Origin: Candidatus Kaiserbacteria bacterium
GTDB taxonomy: Bacteria > Patescibacteriota > Minisyncoccia > Phycocordibacterales > Phycocordibacteraceae
Length of the DNA: 64,000 nucleotides
NCBI GenBank assembly: GCA_016217905.1
Contig: JACRFL010000001.1
Location: forward strand, 18,287-82,286
Direction of reading: 5' to 3'
Below the pieces are notes generated by a model, which ran no database searches, was not told the origin of the DNA, and worked only from the letters and a program-made list of their open reading frames with translations. Below, piece by piece: positions 1-9,044 of the stretch. Positions within the stretch are counted from its first letter, which is position 1. The number at the start of each line of letters is the position of its first letter. The position numbers and the translations under genes were made by a program.

Positions 1-1036
1 CGACGTGACCCACTACGAGCCGACAGGCACCGGCGAGTCTCCGCTTGCCGCGATCACCGACTGGGTGAATGTCGCGTGTCCGAAGTGCGGCGGACCGGGG
101 AAGCGCGAGACGAACACGATGCCGCAGTGGGCGGGCTCGTCGTGGTACTACCTGCGCTTCATGGACCCCTCCGACGATTCCCAGCCCGTTTCCGCGAAGC
201 GGGAGAAATACTGGGCACCGGTCGACGTGTACGTCGGCGGCGACCATGCCGTACGCCACCTCATTTACGCGCGCTTCTGGCACAAATTCCTGTACGACAT
301 CGCCGTGGTGAGCACTCCGGAGCCGTTCGCGCGCCTCGAGTTCCTCGGCTTCATTCTCGCGGAGGACGGCCGCAAGATGAGCAAGCGGCTCGGGAACGTG
401 ATCAATCCGGACGACGTGGTCGCGCAGTACGGCGCTGACGCCTTCCGCGCGTACGAAATGTTCATGGGTCCGTTCGAAAATACGACCGCGTGGAGCACGG
501 CGTCCATCGCGGGTACCGCCCGCTTTCTTGAGCGCCTCTGGAATGCGCGCGGCCTGGTCCGGGCCGATGCCGTCTCGGCGCTCGAGTCTCTCCTGCAGCA
601 GACCGTCAAGAAGATCGGCGACAACATCGAGGCGTTCAAGTTCAATACGGCGGTGAGTCAGGCGATGATCTTCCTCAACGCGCTCGAAAGGGAGGGGAAG
701 ATCGGCCGCGCGCAATGGAGTTCTTACCTGCGGCTCCTTGCGCCGTTTACGCCGCACATCACGGAGGAGCTCTGGGAAGAACTCGGCGAAACGTCGTCCA
801 TCCACGTGGCGCCGTGGCCTGCCTACGACGATTCCGTGCTCGTCGCGCGCGAAACCGAAGTTGTGGCGCAAGTCAACGGCAAGCGCCGCGGTTCAATATC
901 GCTTGCCGCGAGCGCTGGCGAAACGGATGCCGTGCACGCCGCGCGCGCGCTGCCGGCCGTAGTCGCTGCGCTCGGCGGGAAAGAGCCGAAGCGGGTGGTG
1001 TATGTGCCGGGCAAGATCGTCAACCTTGTGGTATAA
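1..1036 (+). CDS. leuS: leucyl-tRNA synthetase, C-terminal part (5' end outside window)
   Basis: ORF 5..1036 runs in from the window edge. KMSKRLGNV (KMSKS) motif, CPKCGG zinc knuckle, LeuRS-like C-terminal tRNA-binding region. Confidence 0.9.
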   Translation, partial: DVTHYEPTGTGESPLAAITDWVNVACPKCGGPGKRETNTMPQWAGSSWYYLRFMDPSDDSQPVSAKREKYWAPVDVYVGGDHAVRHLIYARFWHKFLYDIAVVSTPEPFARLEFLGFILAEDGRKMSKRLGNVINPDDVVAQYGADAFRAYEMFMGPFENTTAWSTASIAGTARFLERLWNARGLVRADAVSALESLLQQTVKKIGDNIEAFKFNTAVSQAMIFLNALEREGKIGRAQWSSYLRLLAPFTPHITEELWEELGETSSIHVAPWPAYDDSVLVARETEVVAQVNGKRRGSISLAASAGETDAVHAARALPAVVAALGGKEPKRVVYVPGKIVNLVV

Positions 1037-1083
1037 TTGCGCCTATTGACGCTTTTTAAGGTATTTGCTATAAATTAGACCAC

Positions 1084-2157
1084 ATGGCTACAGCCGGCAA
1101 TATGAAGAAACGGGTACGGACGGCTACTCCGCCCGCCTTTTCCTTCGACAGCGCGGCGCTCGTGAAAAAGCTCCTTGCCGCGGTGCCGCAGCGCGCCCGC
1201 GAAATACTCATCCGCCGTTTCGGTCTGGGCAGCAATCCCGCGCGGGAGACGCTCGAGTCGATCGGCGACCGCTCCAGCATCACCCGCGAGAGGGTTCGGC
1301 AGATCGAGGCCGCCGGGCTCGACGCGGTACGGGCAAGCAAAACTTTTAAAGAATCAAAGGCTGTTTTTGAAGAAATCGCGCGCTACATAGATTCCCTTGG
1401 CGCCATTGTGCCCGAGGATACGCTGCTTGCCGCGCTCGGCAAGGATGAAAAGAGCCGCAACCGGTTCCGCTTTTTCCTCGTGCTCGATTCGGCATTTTCT
1501 CGCGAGCGCGAGACGAACGACTTTCTCGCGCGCTGGCACATCGACAGCGCGACTGCGAAAAACATCCACGACGCGCTTTCGAAGCTCTATACCTCGCTTT
1601 CCGACGAGGAGGTCGTCCCCGAGGGAGAAATTCTGGACCGTTTCCTCGACGAACTCAAGGACGTGAACGACGCGTATAAGAACGAGGAGGTATTGAAGCG
1701 TTGGCTCTCGCTCTCTAAGCACATTGCGAGCAACCCGCTTGCCGAGTGGGGGCGCGTTACCGCGCCCGCCATCCGTATCAAAGGCATCCGCGACTATGCG
1801 TATCTCGCAATCAAGCGCCATGGCGAACCCATGCATTTCTCGACCGTGGCTAAAACGATCGGGACGCTCTTTTCCAAAAAAGCGCACGTCGCGACGACTC
1901 ACAACGAACTCATCAAAGATCCGCGCTTCGTGCTTGTGGGCCGCGGACTCTACGCGCTCACCGAATGGGGCTACAAGCCGGGCGTCGTGCGCGATGTCAT
2001 CCGCGAAACGCTCGAACGGACGGGCCCGCTGAAAAAAGACGAAATCATCAAGCAGGTGAAAAAGGCCCGCTTCGTCAAAGACAACACCATCCTGGTGAAC
2101 CTCAACGATCCTCGCTACTTCAAGCGCCTGAAGGATGGCCGCTACGCGGCGATCTAG
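1084..2157 (+). CDS. sigma-70 region 4 plus C-terminal HARE-HTH-like winged-helix domain protein (putative transcription factor)
   Basis: N-terminus RFGLGSNPARETLESIGDRSSITRERVRQIEAAGL matches the sigma-70 region 4 HTH. C-terminus PMHFSTVAKTI...DPRFVLVGRGLYALTEWGY matches the HARE-HTH pattern of the RNAP delta subunit family. Confidence 0.6.
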   Translation: MATAGNMKKRVRTATPPAFSFDSAALVKKLLAAVPQRAREILIRRFGLGSNPARETLESIGDRSSITRERVRQIEAAGLDAVRASKTFKESKAVFEEIARYIDSLGAIVPEDTLLAALGKDEKSRNRFRFFLVLDSAFSRERETNDFLARWHIDSATAKNIHDALSKLYTSLSDEEVVPEGEILDRFLDELKDVNDAYKNEEVLKRWLSLSKHIASNPLAEWGRVTAPAIRIKGIRDYAYLAIKRHGEPMHFSTVAKTIGTLFSKKAHVATTHNELIKDPRFVLVGRGLYALTEWGYKPGVVRDVIRETLERTGPLKKDEIIKQVKKARFVKDNTILVNLNDPRYFKRLKDGRYAAI

Positions 2158-2162
2158 TTTTT

Positions 2163-2203
2163 GAACAAGCGCGCCCGCTTAAGCGCGGGCGCGCTTGTTT
2201 TAT
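2163..2203 (+). terminator. perfect 15-bp inverted repeat (AACAAGCGCGCCCGC-TTAA-GCGGGCGCGCTTGTT) followed by a T-rich run, bidirectional terminator-like
   Basis: Read directly from the sequence just after the 2157 stop. Perfect palindrome with GC-rich stem, followed by ttttattgg. Confidence 0.6.
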
Positions 2204-2219
2204 TGGTATACTGACCCGC

Positions 2220-3623
2220 ATGCTTCCGTTCGCACACGCGGTTGAAAAATTCAGGGGAAAATTCACCACCACGATCGGCGTCCGGGTCGAGCCGTGGCCG
2301 CTTCTTCTGGTCAGCCTCTCCGTCCTCCTCATGGCGTTCGTGTTCATGCCGGGCACGGTTTCGTTCGCATTTTCCATCGCGCTTTTTCTTGCGCCCTTAT
2401 GGCTCCCATTCGTACTCGTCGGCGGGGCATGGAAGATATGGTACGTGCTCAAACGCTCCGAATTCATTGCGGGGCAAAAATACATACTGCTCGAAATCAA
2501 GCCGCCGCGCAGCCTCGTGAAGACGCCGCTCGCCATGGAGGCGTTCCTCTCATCCCTCCACCTTACGGGGAGTGAATCGACCTGGTACCAGCGCTTTACG
2601 GGCGGGGTCCGGCCGTACTGGTCTCTGGAAATCGTTTCTCTTGAAGGAAAAATCCATTTTTACCTCTGGGGGAGGGAAGCGTATCGCCGGATGGTCGAGT
2701 CCCAATTGTATGCGCAGTATCCGGGCGTGCAGGTCGTCGAGGCAATCGATTACACCCGGCTCATCGATCCCAATTCGAAAGATTGGATTATGTGGGGATG
2801 CGACTTCAAACATACCGCCGAAACGCCCCTGCCGATCAAGACTTACGTCGAATACGGACTCGACAAGGTGCAAAAGGAACCGGAACAGGTCGATCCTCTC
2901 GCTAACCTCATCGAGTTTATGAACTCGGTCGGCAAAGGAGAACAGATCTGGCTTCAATTCATCATCCGCGCCCATCGGGGAGAGCGCTACGGCACGACGC
3001 CCGGGGGCATTACGAGCACCAAACGCAATAAAGACGACAAGCCGTACACCTGGAAGGATGAGGCAAACGACCTTGTACAGAAGATCCGCGCGGAAACCGT
3101 CAACAAGGTGAGATATCGGGACGTCTTTACCGGAGAAATGCGGGAGACGGAAGGATTCCCGAACCCGACGAAGGGGCAGATCGAGAAAATCGCGGCCATC
3201 GAACGCAACGTCTCGAAGCTCGGCTTCGATGTCGGCATACGCGGCCTGTACATGGCGAAGCCGGAACACTTTCACGGCCCGACCATTGCCCACCTCATCG
3301 CGCTCTTCAAGCCCTTTACGAGCGAGGGCTGGAACGGCCTTAATTCATCCGCGGGCATGAAGCGTTTCGACGACTATCCGTGGGAAGTCGGCGTGGAAAA
3401 AAAGAAAAGCTTCTTCCGCCGCGAGATGGTGATGCAGTATCGCCGTCGCCAATTTTTCTACGACCCCTTTTTCGAGGGAGATGTGCCGCCGAACGAAACG
3501 CCGGTCATGAGCACCGAGGAACTCGCGACCGTCTTCCATATCCCGTCGCGCGCGATCGAAGCGCCCGGCCTCGAGCGTATTCCCTCGGCGACCGGCGAAG
3601 CCCCCGCGAATCTGCCGGTGTGA
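2220..3623 (+). CDS. hypothetical membrane protein (N-terminal TM helices plus large soluble domain), function unknown
   Basis: ORF 1965..3623. The 1965 start is rejected because it overlaps the terminator and the upstream gene. The in-frame ATG at 2220 precedes hydrophobic helices (LLLVSLSVLLMAFVF, ALFLAPLWLPFVLVGG). No recognisable catalytic motif. Confidence 0.5.
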   Translation: MLPFAHAVEKFRGKFTTTIGVRVEPWPLLLVSLSVLLMAFVFMPGTVSFAFSIALFLAPLWLPFVLVGGAWKIWYVLKRSEFIAGQKYILLEIKPPRSLVKTPLAMEAFLSSLHLTGSESTWYQRFTGGVRPYWSLEIVSLEGKIHFYLWGREAYRRMVESQLYAQYPGVQVVEAIDYTRLIDPNSKDWIMWGCDFKHTAETPLPIKTYVEYGLDKVQKEPEQVDPLANLIEFMNSVGKGEQIWLQFIIRAHRGERYGTTPGGITSTKRNKDDKPYTWKDEANDLVQKIRAETVNKVRYRDVFTGEMRETEGFPNPTKGQIEKIAAIERNVSKLGFDVGIRGLYMAKPEHFHGPTIAHLIALFKPFTSEGWNGLNSSAGMKRFDDYPWEVGVEKKKSFFRREMVMQYRRRQFFYDPFFEGDVPPNETPVMSTEELATVFHIPSRAIEAPGLERIPSATGEAPANLPV

Positions 3624-3628
3624 ATCGC

Positions 3629-4585
3629 ATGGATGTTTTCCGGCGGCACGCCCCGTGGTTCGTATCGTTCGCGCTCGCGCTGCTTCTTCTCGCCGGCTAT
3701 CAGATCCTCTTTGCCGCGCCCGACGATTTCCCCCGGGGAAGCACGATAGGGATTGCCCGGGGGACGGCCGCGACGCGCATCGCGGAAGATCTCGCTGACG
3801 CGCGCGTCATCAAGCACCCTGCGCTCCTGCAGCTCCTCTTGTACGCAGCGGGGGAAAGCGCCGCGATACAAGCGGGCGCGTATCGTTTTGAAAAACCGCA
3901 AAATCTGTTCGTCGTGGCTTCGCGGCTCGTGACCGGAGCGTACGGTCTCCCTCCGGTACGCGTAACCTTTTTCGAGGGAATAACGGTGCGGGAAGCTGCG
4001 GAGAAAGTCACGGAAGCGCTGCCTGACATATCGCAAGAGGATTTTCTCAAGGAGGCGCAGCCGTATGAAGGCTATCTTTTCCCAGATACGTATTTTTTTT
4101 CACCTTCTTCCGATGCCGCCTCCGTCGCCGCGTCGATGCGCGGAAACTTCAACGAGAAAATATCGGCTCTGGCGCCGGCGATTTCCGCTACCGGCCGCAC
4201 GCTCTCCGACATCGTCATTCTGGCCTCGCTTGTTGAAAAAGAGGCGCGCACGAGCGAGAGCAGACGCCTCGTCGCCGGTATCCTCTCCAATCGTTTAAAA
4301 CTCGGCATGCCGCTCCAGGTCGACGCGGTTTTCGGCTACATCTTCGACCGCGACACGTATTCGCCCTCGCTCAAGGATCTCACCGTCGATTCGCCTTACA
4401 ATACCTACACGCACACGGGTCTCCCTCCCGGACCGATTGATAACCCCGGGCTCGACTCGCTTGAGGCGGTGGTACACCCGACGAAAACCGACTACCTCTA
4501 CTATCTCACCGGCAAGGACGGTGTAATGCATTATGCCATAACATACGCCGGTCACCAGACGAACCGAAAAAAGTATTTAGATTAG
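3629..4585 (+). CDS. mltG: endolytic murein transglycosylase MltG (YceG family)
   Basis: N-terminal TM, then the YceG-like domain with LQVDAVFGY and YNTYTHTGLPPGPIDNPG motifs. In-frame ATG at 3629. Confidence 0.8.
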   Translation: MDVFRRHAPWFVSFALALLLLAGYQILFAAPDDFPRGSTIGIARGTAATRIAEDLADARVIKHPALLQLLLYAAGESAAIQAGAYRFEKPQNLFVVASRLVTGAYGLPPVRVTFFEGITVREAAEKVTEALPDISQEDFLKEAQPYEGYLFPDTYFFSPSSDAASVAASMRGNFNEKISALAPAISATGRTLSDIVILASLVEKEARTSESRRLVAGILSNRLKLGMPLQVDAVFGYIFDRDTYSPSLKDLTVDSPYNTYTHTGLPPGPIDNPGLDSLEAVVHPTKTDYLYYLTGKDGVMHYAITYAGHQTNRKKYLD

Positions 4586-4594
4586 AATGGGCGC

Positions 4595-5533
4595 ATGGAT
4601 GTACGCGGCAAACACATATTCATAGGGCTTTCGGGAGGCGTGGATTCGGCGGTTTCTGCGGCACTTTTAAAACGAGCCGGAGCAGAAGTAACGGGCGTAT
4701 TCATCAAGGGCTGGTATCCGCCGGCCTTCGGCCCGTGCGCCTGGGCCGCGGAGCGCCGCGATGTGATGCGGGTGGCGGCGCGCCTGCAGATACCGTTTCT
4801 CACGCTCGACGCGGGCACCGAATATAAAAAGGGGGTTATCGATTACCTTCTCGCCGAGTATCGCGTGGGGCACACCCCGAATCCGGACGTCATGTGCAAC
4901 AGGGAAGTGAAGTTCGGCGCTTTCTACCGCTTCGCGAAGGCTGCCGGGGCGGACGCGATAGCGACGGGGCATTATCGTTCCGGAGAAAAAGACCAGAGCT
5001 ACTTCCTCTGGGCCGTGCCGAAAGAGATTCTGGCGGCAACGCTCTTTCCGGTGGGGAACCTTGAAAAAGATGAAGTGCGAGCGCTCGCAAAACGATTCAA
5101 CCTGTCGGTTGCGGAGAAAAAGGACAGCCAGGGCGTCTGCTTCCTCGGGAACAGATCGATGGAGGAGTTTTTGCGTGCGGAATTGGGGGACGACAACCCC
5201 GCGCTTCTCTATACCATCGGCCAGAGAATTTCGCGCCCGCACGGCCCGTGGTATGTGGTCGGTAAAAACGATGTCGCGAAAAAAGAAATCACGGTTTCAA
5301 GAACGCGGATCTCCGGCGCGCATTCGGTTCAATTTAAAGATGCGAATTGGCACGCTGAATCGGCCCGCGCCACCGAGGCGCAGTACCGGTATCGGGGCCC
5401 TCGCGTAAAAGGGCATGTCGAAAAAGACCGTTTTGTGAGCACAGAGCCGCTTCCCGAGATCCCCGTTCCCGGACAATCGACCGTCTTTTATCACAACGGA
5501 GAGCTCGTCGGTGGTGGTACTATTGTCGCATGA
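4595..5533 (+). CDS. mnmA: tRNA-specific 2-thiouridylase MnmA
   Basis: PP-loop SGGVDS. HTPNPDVMCN catalytic cysteine motif. GVCFLG. Confidence 0.85.
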   Translation: MDVRGKHIFIGLSGGVDSAVSAALLKRAGAEVTGVFIKGWYPPAFGPCAWAAERRDVMRVAARLQIPFLTLDAGTEYKKGVIDYLLAEYRVGHTPNPDVMCNREVKFGAFYRFAKAAGADAIATGHYRSGEKDQSYFLWAVPKEILAATLFPVGNLEKDEVRALAKRFNLSVAEKKDSQGVCFLGNRSMEEFLRAELGDDNPALLYTIGQRISRPHGPWYVVGKNDVAKKEITVSRTRISGAHSVQFKDANWHAESARATEAQYRYRGPRVKGHVEKDRFVSTEPLPEIPVPGQSTVFYHNGELVGGGTIVA

Positions 5534-5943
5534 ATCAAACGCGCCTGTGGGCCGCCGCGGCCATCATCGCGACTCTCGTCATTGCCGGATTCGTGCTTTC
5601 GGTACCGCACACCCGCGACGTTCCGAAGACCCCGGCTCCTCCCTCCGCGTTCGCGGGAGCTCCGTCTGTCACCATACGGGATGCGTTTAAGAGGGGCATG
5701 CATACCCTCACAGGCTCGATCATTGCTCCGGACGCGTGCTCCATTGTTTCCGCCCGCGCTTCTCGCGGCGACAACGCGTCGAGCACCAGGGACATCCTCG
5801 TCGAAGTGTCTCTGTCGGAGGATACGGGAGTTTGCCTCGAGCTTCCGACGCGCATGACCTTTGAGACAACGCTTGCGGCGCCAGCGAATTTGCCGATCGC
5901 CGTAACGATAAACGGCGCGGCAGCAAGCACGAGCGCGCCATGA
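5530..5943 (+). CDS. hypothetical protein with N-terminal TM anchor
   Basis: ATGA start/stop overlap with mnmA and with the downstream gene, implying translational coupling. Hydrophobic N-terminus AAAAIIATLVIAGFVL. Confidence 0.45.
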   Translation: MNQTRLWAAAAIIATLVIAGFVLSVPHTRDVPKTPAPPSAFAGAPSVTIRDAFKRGMHTLTGSIIAPDACSIVSARASRGDNASSTRDILVEVSLSEDTGVCLELPTRMTFETTLAAPANLPIAVTINGAAASTSAP

Positions 5944-6782
5944 CGACCCTGCCGATCATCAGCAAAGCCGACGGGACAAGCGAAGTCTTCGACTCGATGC
6001 GTCTGGTCTCCTCTTTGCGCAGGGCGGGCGCTGGCGCGCACGCCGCGGAGAGTATCGCGGAAGCGATTACGGGCGGGCTCGTTTCGGGCATGTCCTCGAA
6101 AGAGATTTACTCCCGCGCGTTCGCGCTTTTGCGCAAGGAAGCACGTCCCGTCGCCGCACGTTACGCGCTCCGGCGCGCGCTCCTCGAGCTCGGTCCGTCC
6201 GGCCACCCCTTCGAAGACTTCGTTTCGCACTTATATCGGGCGGAAGGCTGGCAGGTCGAGACGCGCAAAATAATAAAAGGAAAATGCGTATCGCACGAGG
6301 TCGACTTCTACGCGTCGCACCCGGGAGAAAATACCCATATCGCGGCCGAACTCAAGTATCACAACGATCCGGGCTACAAGACCGATCTGAAGGTGGCGCT
6401 CTACGTCAAGAGCCGTTTTGACGACATCTTCAGCTGCAATCCCGCGGTCCGCGCCTGTCCGATCGACCGCGGTCTTCTTGTCACCAATACCAAATTCACC
6501 TCGGAAGCGATCGTCTATGCGGCATGCGTCGGAGTAGAGCTCCTCGGTTGGGGGTACCCGGCGGAGAATAACCTTTTCGAGCGCATGGCCCGCGCGAAGG
6601 TATATCCTCTTACGGCGCTCACCGGACTCTCGCGTACCGAGAAGCGACTGCTTATCGAGCACGGCGTCGTCGCCGCCGACGAGATCCTCGCGGATCGACG
6701 CCGTCTCGACGTACTGCGCCTCTCCGCCACCCGCGTGGGCGAATTGCTCGCGGAAGCGGATGGTCTCCTTGCGCTTCCGTAG
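5940..6782 (+). CDS. ATP-cone domain fused to restriction-endonuclease-like (Mrr_cat/PD-(D/E)XK) domain protein
   Basis: N-terminus IISKADGTSEVFDSMRLVSSL...SKEIYSRAFALL...AARYALRRAL fits the ATP-cone pattern. Central HEVDFYAS...HIAAELKYH fits the D...ExK nuclease core. Confidence 0.55.
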   Translation: MTTLPIISKADGTSEVFDSMRLVSSLRRAGAGAHAAESIAEAITGGLVSGMSSKEIYSRAFALLRKEARPVAARYALRRALLELGPSGHPFEDFVSHLYRAEGWQVETRKIIKGKCVSHEVDFYASHPGENTHIAAELKYHNDPGYKTDLKVALYVKSRFDDIFSCNPAVRACPIDRGLLVTNTKFTSEAIVYAACVGVELLGWGYPAENNLFERMARAKVYPLTALTGLSRTEKRLLIEHGVVAADEILADRRRLDVLRLSATRVGELLAEADGLLALP

Positions 6783-6805
6783 GCGTCCCGTGATATTGTT
6801 CCCGT

Positions 6806-7282
6806 ATGATGAAAAGCTTCTCTCCCTACTCTTTTGTCGCCGGCGTCATGGTCGGCGCCCTGTTCGCGGGAGCGTGGTTTCTGCGCGAACCTCTCGCCGC
6901 CATGCGAAGCGGATCTCTGCCCGAAGAAGCGTCGAGAGTCCCTAGCGCGGCGCAGGGAAGCAGTGCGATTTCCGTCGCTGACCAGCCCGCGGGCGACAGC
7001 GTTATCGTGGAATCGGTGACCGTCCCGCCGCCCGGCGTATGGGTCGCTGTGCGCGAGGTAATCGGAGGCAGTCTGGGGAACGTGCTCGGAGCCGCGCGCG
7101 TCGGCGGACCCCGAAGCCAGGTCGTCATCTCTCTCTTGCGCGCGACCGAACCCGGCCGAGCCTACGCGATTGAGCTCTATCGCGACGATGAAAGCGGCGC
7201 GTTCGACCCCGCGACGTTCAGCGTGTACGTTGATTTCGATACCGGAGCGCGAGTTGTCGCGTACTTCACGACCGTCGAGTGA
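6806..7282 (+). CDS. hypothetical protein with N-terminal TM anchor
   Basis: Hydrophobic N-terminus SFVAGVMVGALFAGAWFL. Same strand, tightly packed with neighbours. Confidence 0.45.
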   Translation: MMKSFSPYSFVAGVMVGALFAGAWFLREPLAAMRSGSLPEEASRVPSAAQGSSAISVADQPAGDSVIVESVTVPPPGVWVAVREVIGGSLGNVLGAARVGGPRSQVVISLLRATEPGRAYAIELYRDDESGAFDPATFSVYVDFDTGARVVAYFTTVE

Positions 7283-7295
7283 TGTGTCTTCGACT

Positions 7296-8093
7296 ATGGC
7301 CTCCGGAAGTTCAAAGTCACAAGGCTACGGCGTCTTCGACCCGTTCTCGCCCGAACCGTTTCGGGTGAGCAGATCGAAGATCGATCTCTTTACCGAATGC
7401 CCGCGCTGTGCGTATCTCGACATGCGGCTCGGCGTGAAGCGTCCGTCGATGCCGGCGTTTACGCTCAACAACGCGGTCGACGAACTCCTCAAGCGCGAGT
7501 TCGATATTCACCGCGCCGAGGGCTCCAAGCACCCGCTCGTCCTGCGCTACGGTCTCGACGCGGTACCGCTTAACGACGACCGGATGGAGGAGTGGCGCGA
7601 CGCGCTTCGCCGCGGCATACGCTTCCTCCACGAACCGACGAATCTGCTCATCCGCGGCGGCATCGACGACGTGTGGGTCAACCCGGCGGGAGAGTTCATC
7701 ATTGTGGATTACAAAGCGACCAGCAAGAAGGTGGGACCGAGCACCGAAGAAGATTTATATGATTCGTATAAACGGCAAATGGAAATTTACCAATGGCTCT
7801 TCCGCAGAAATGGCTTCGCCGTCTCGCCGACCGGCTATTTCGTCTACGTGAATGGGAAATCCGATGCAAAAGCATTCGACGGCAAACTTGAATTCGATAT
7901 CGAGCTTATCCCATACACCGGCAGCGACGCGTGGGTCGAGCCGGCGATCCTCGACATGAGGGAGGTGCTCATGAGCGACGACATTCCGCCCGTGGGCACC
8001 TCCTTCGGCGGCGGGCCGTGCGAATATTGCACGTATCGGGAGAGCGCGGGGAAGATATTGCGCAAAGTTCACGCAAAAAACAGCGAGAAATAA
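7296..8093 (+). CDS. Cas4/RecB-like PD-(D/E)XK nuclease with terminal CxxC pairs
   Basis: In-frame ATG at 7296 within ORF 7170..8093. GIDDVW...IIVDYKAT (D, ExK-type core). QMEIYQWL (QhxxY motif of RecB-family nucleases). Cys pairs CPRC near the N-terminus and CEYC near the C-terminus. Confidence 0.6.
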   Translation: MASGSSKSQGYGVFDPFSPEPFRVSRSKIDLFTECPRCAYLDMRLGVKRPSMPAFTLNNAVDELLKREFDIHRAEGSKHPLVLRYGLDAVPLNDDRMEEWRDALRRGIRFLHEPTNLLIRGGIDDVWVNPAGEFIIVDYKATSKKVGPSTEEDLYDSYKRQMEIYQWLFRRNGFAVSPTGYFVYVNGKSDAKAFDGKLEFDIELIPYTGSDAWVEPAILDMREVLMSDDIPPVGTSFGGGPCEYCTYRESAGKILRKVHAKNSEK

Positions 8094-8100
8094 AACGTGT

Positions 8101-8364
8101 ATGAAAAGTTCGTTTGCCGATCGAGTGCGAGATGTAGTACGTCAAATTCCAAAAGGTGAAACACTACCCTATAGGGTAGTAGCCAGGCTGGCGGGAAGCC
8201 CGCGCGCGGCACGCGCGGTCGGCACTATTATGAAAAATAATTATGACCCAAGCGTGCCCTGTCATCGCGTTATCAGGAGCGACGGGAAGATCGGAGACTA
8301 CAATCGCGGCGGAAAAGAAAAGAAGCGGGCGCTCCTGCGGGCCGAGGGTGTCAAAGGGATCTGA
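8101..8364 (+). CDS. MGMT-family DNA-binding domain protein (methylated-DNA-protein-cysteine methyltransferase C-terminal domain, PCHRV active-site Cys present)
   Basis: 87 aa. LPYRVVARLAGSPRAARAVG...PCHRVI matches the Ogt/Ada C-terminal domain signature. Confidence 0.7.
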   Translation: MKSSFADRVRDVVRQIPKGETLPYRVVARLAGSPRAARAVGTIMKNNYDPSVPCHRVIRSDGKIGDYNRGGKEKKRALLRAEGVKGI

Positions 8365-8366
8365 AA

Positions 8367-9035
8367 ATGGAAGTCAAAATTGAATCGTCGTGGAAGGAGA
8401 GATTGAAAGACGAGTTTGCGAAAGAATATTTCGCCGAGCTCACCTCGTTCGTAAAAAAGGAGTATCAAGAAGGGAGGGTGTACCCGCACCCCAAGAACAT
8501 TTTTCGCGCGTTTGACCTGTGTCCGTTCGAGAAGGTGAAGGTGGTAATACTCGGGCAGGATCCCTATCACGGAGCGGAGCAGGCCAACGGCCTCGCGTTT
8601 GCTGTCGACGAGAACGCGACATTGCCCCCGTCGCTCCAAAATATTTTTAAGGAGATACAGAGCGATATGGGAAAGCCGCTTTTGCATACCGATGGAGATT
8701 TATCTCGATGGGCGAGACAGGGCGTCCTCCTCCTTAATGCAACCTTGACCGTCCGCGCGCATACTGCCGGCTCACACCAAGAGCGGGGCTGGGAATTATT
8801 TACCGATGCTGCCATCAAATCGCTTTCCGAAGAACGCGAGCATCTCGTCTTTATGCTCTGGGGCAATTATGCCAAAGCGAAGGGCGCGCACATCGACCGC
8901 TCCAAGCATCTGGTCCTCGAGGCCTCGCATCCCTCGCCTTTCTCCGCCGCTTCCGGCTTCTTCGGCTGCAAACATTTCAGCAAGGCGAATGACTATCTCG
9001 CTACGCACGGCGGGACACCGATAGACTGGCTTTAA
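8367..9035 (+). CDS. ung: uracil-DNA glycosylase (family 1)
   Basis: GQDPYHG water-activating motif. LLLNATLTVRAHTAGSHQ. Typical Ung length. Confidence 0.9.
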   Translation: MEVKIESSWKERLKDEFAKEYFAELTSFVKKEYQEGRVYPHPKNIFRAFDLCPFEKVKVVILGQDPYHGAEQANGLAFAVDENATLPPSLQNIFKEIQSDMGKPLLHTDGDLSRWARQGVLLLNATLTVRAHTAGSHQERGWELFTDAAIKSLSEEREHLVFMLWGNYAKAKGAHIDRSKHLVLEASHPSPFSAASGFFGCKHFSKANDYLATHGGTPIDWL

Positions 9036-9044
9036 TCCACTTGC

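Noticed and set aside
69-1059. Numerous 60-130-aa ORFs in alternate frames and the opposite strand overlapping leuS. Similar overlapping ORFs occur inside nearly every large gene in the track.
   Set aside because: They are typical high-GC open-frame artefacts: Arg/Ala/Pro-rich, no motifs, fully nested in strongly supported genes.
1965-2219. Upstream start at 1965 for the membrane protein, and 3380 for mltG.
   Set aside because: Both would overlap the preceding gene and, for 1965, the palindromic terminator. Internal ATGs at 2220 and 3629 coincide with the first hydrophobic segment or conserved domain.
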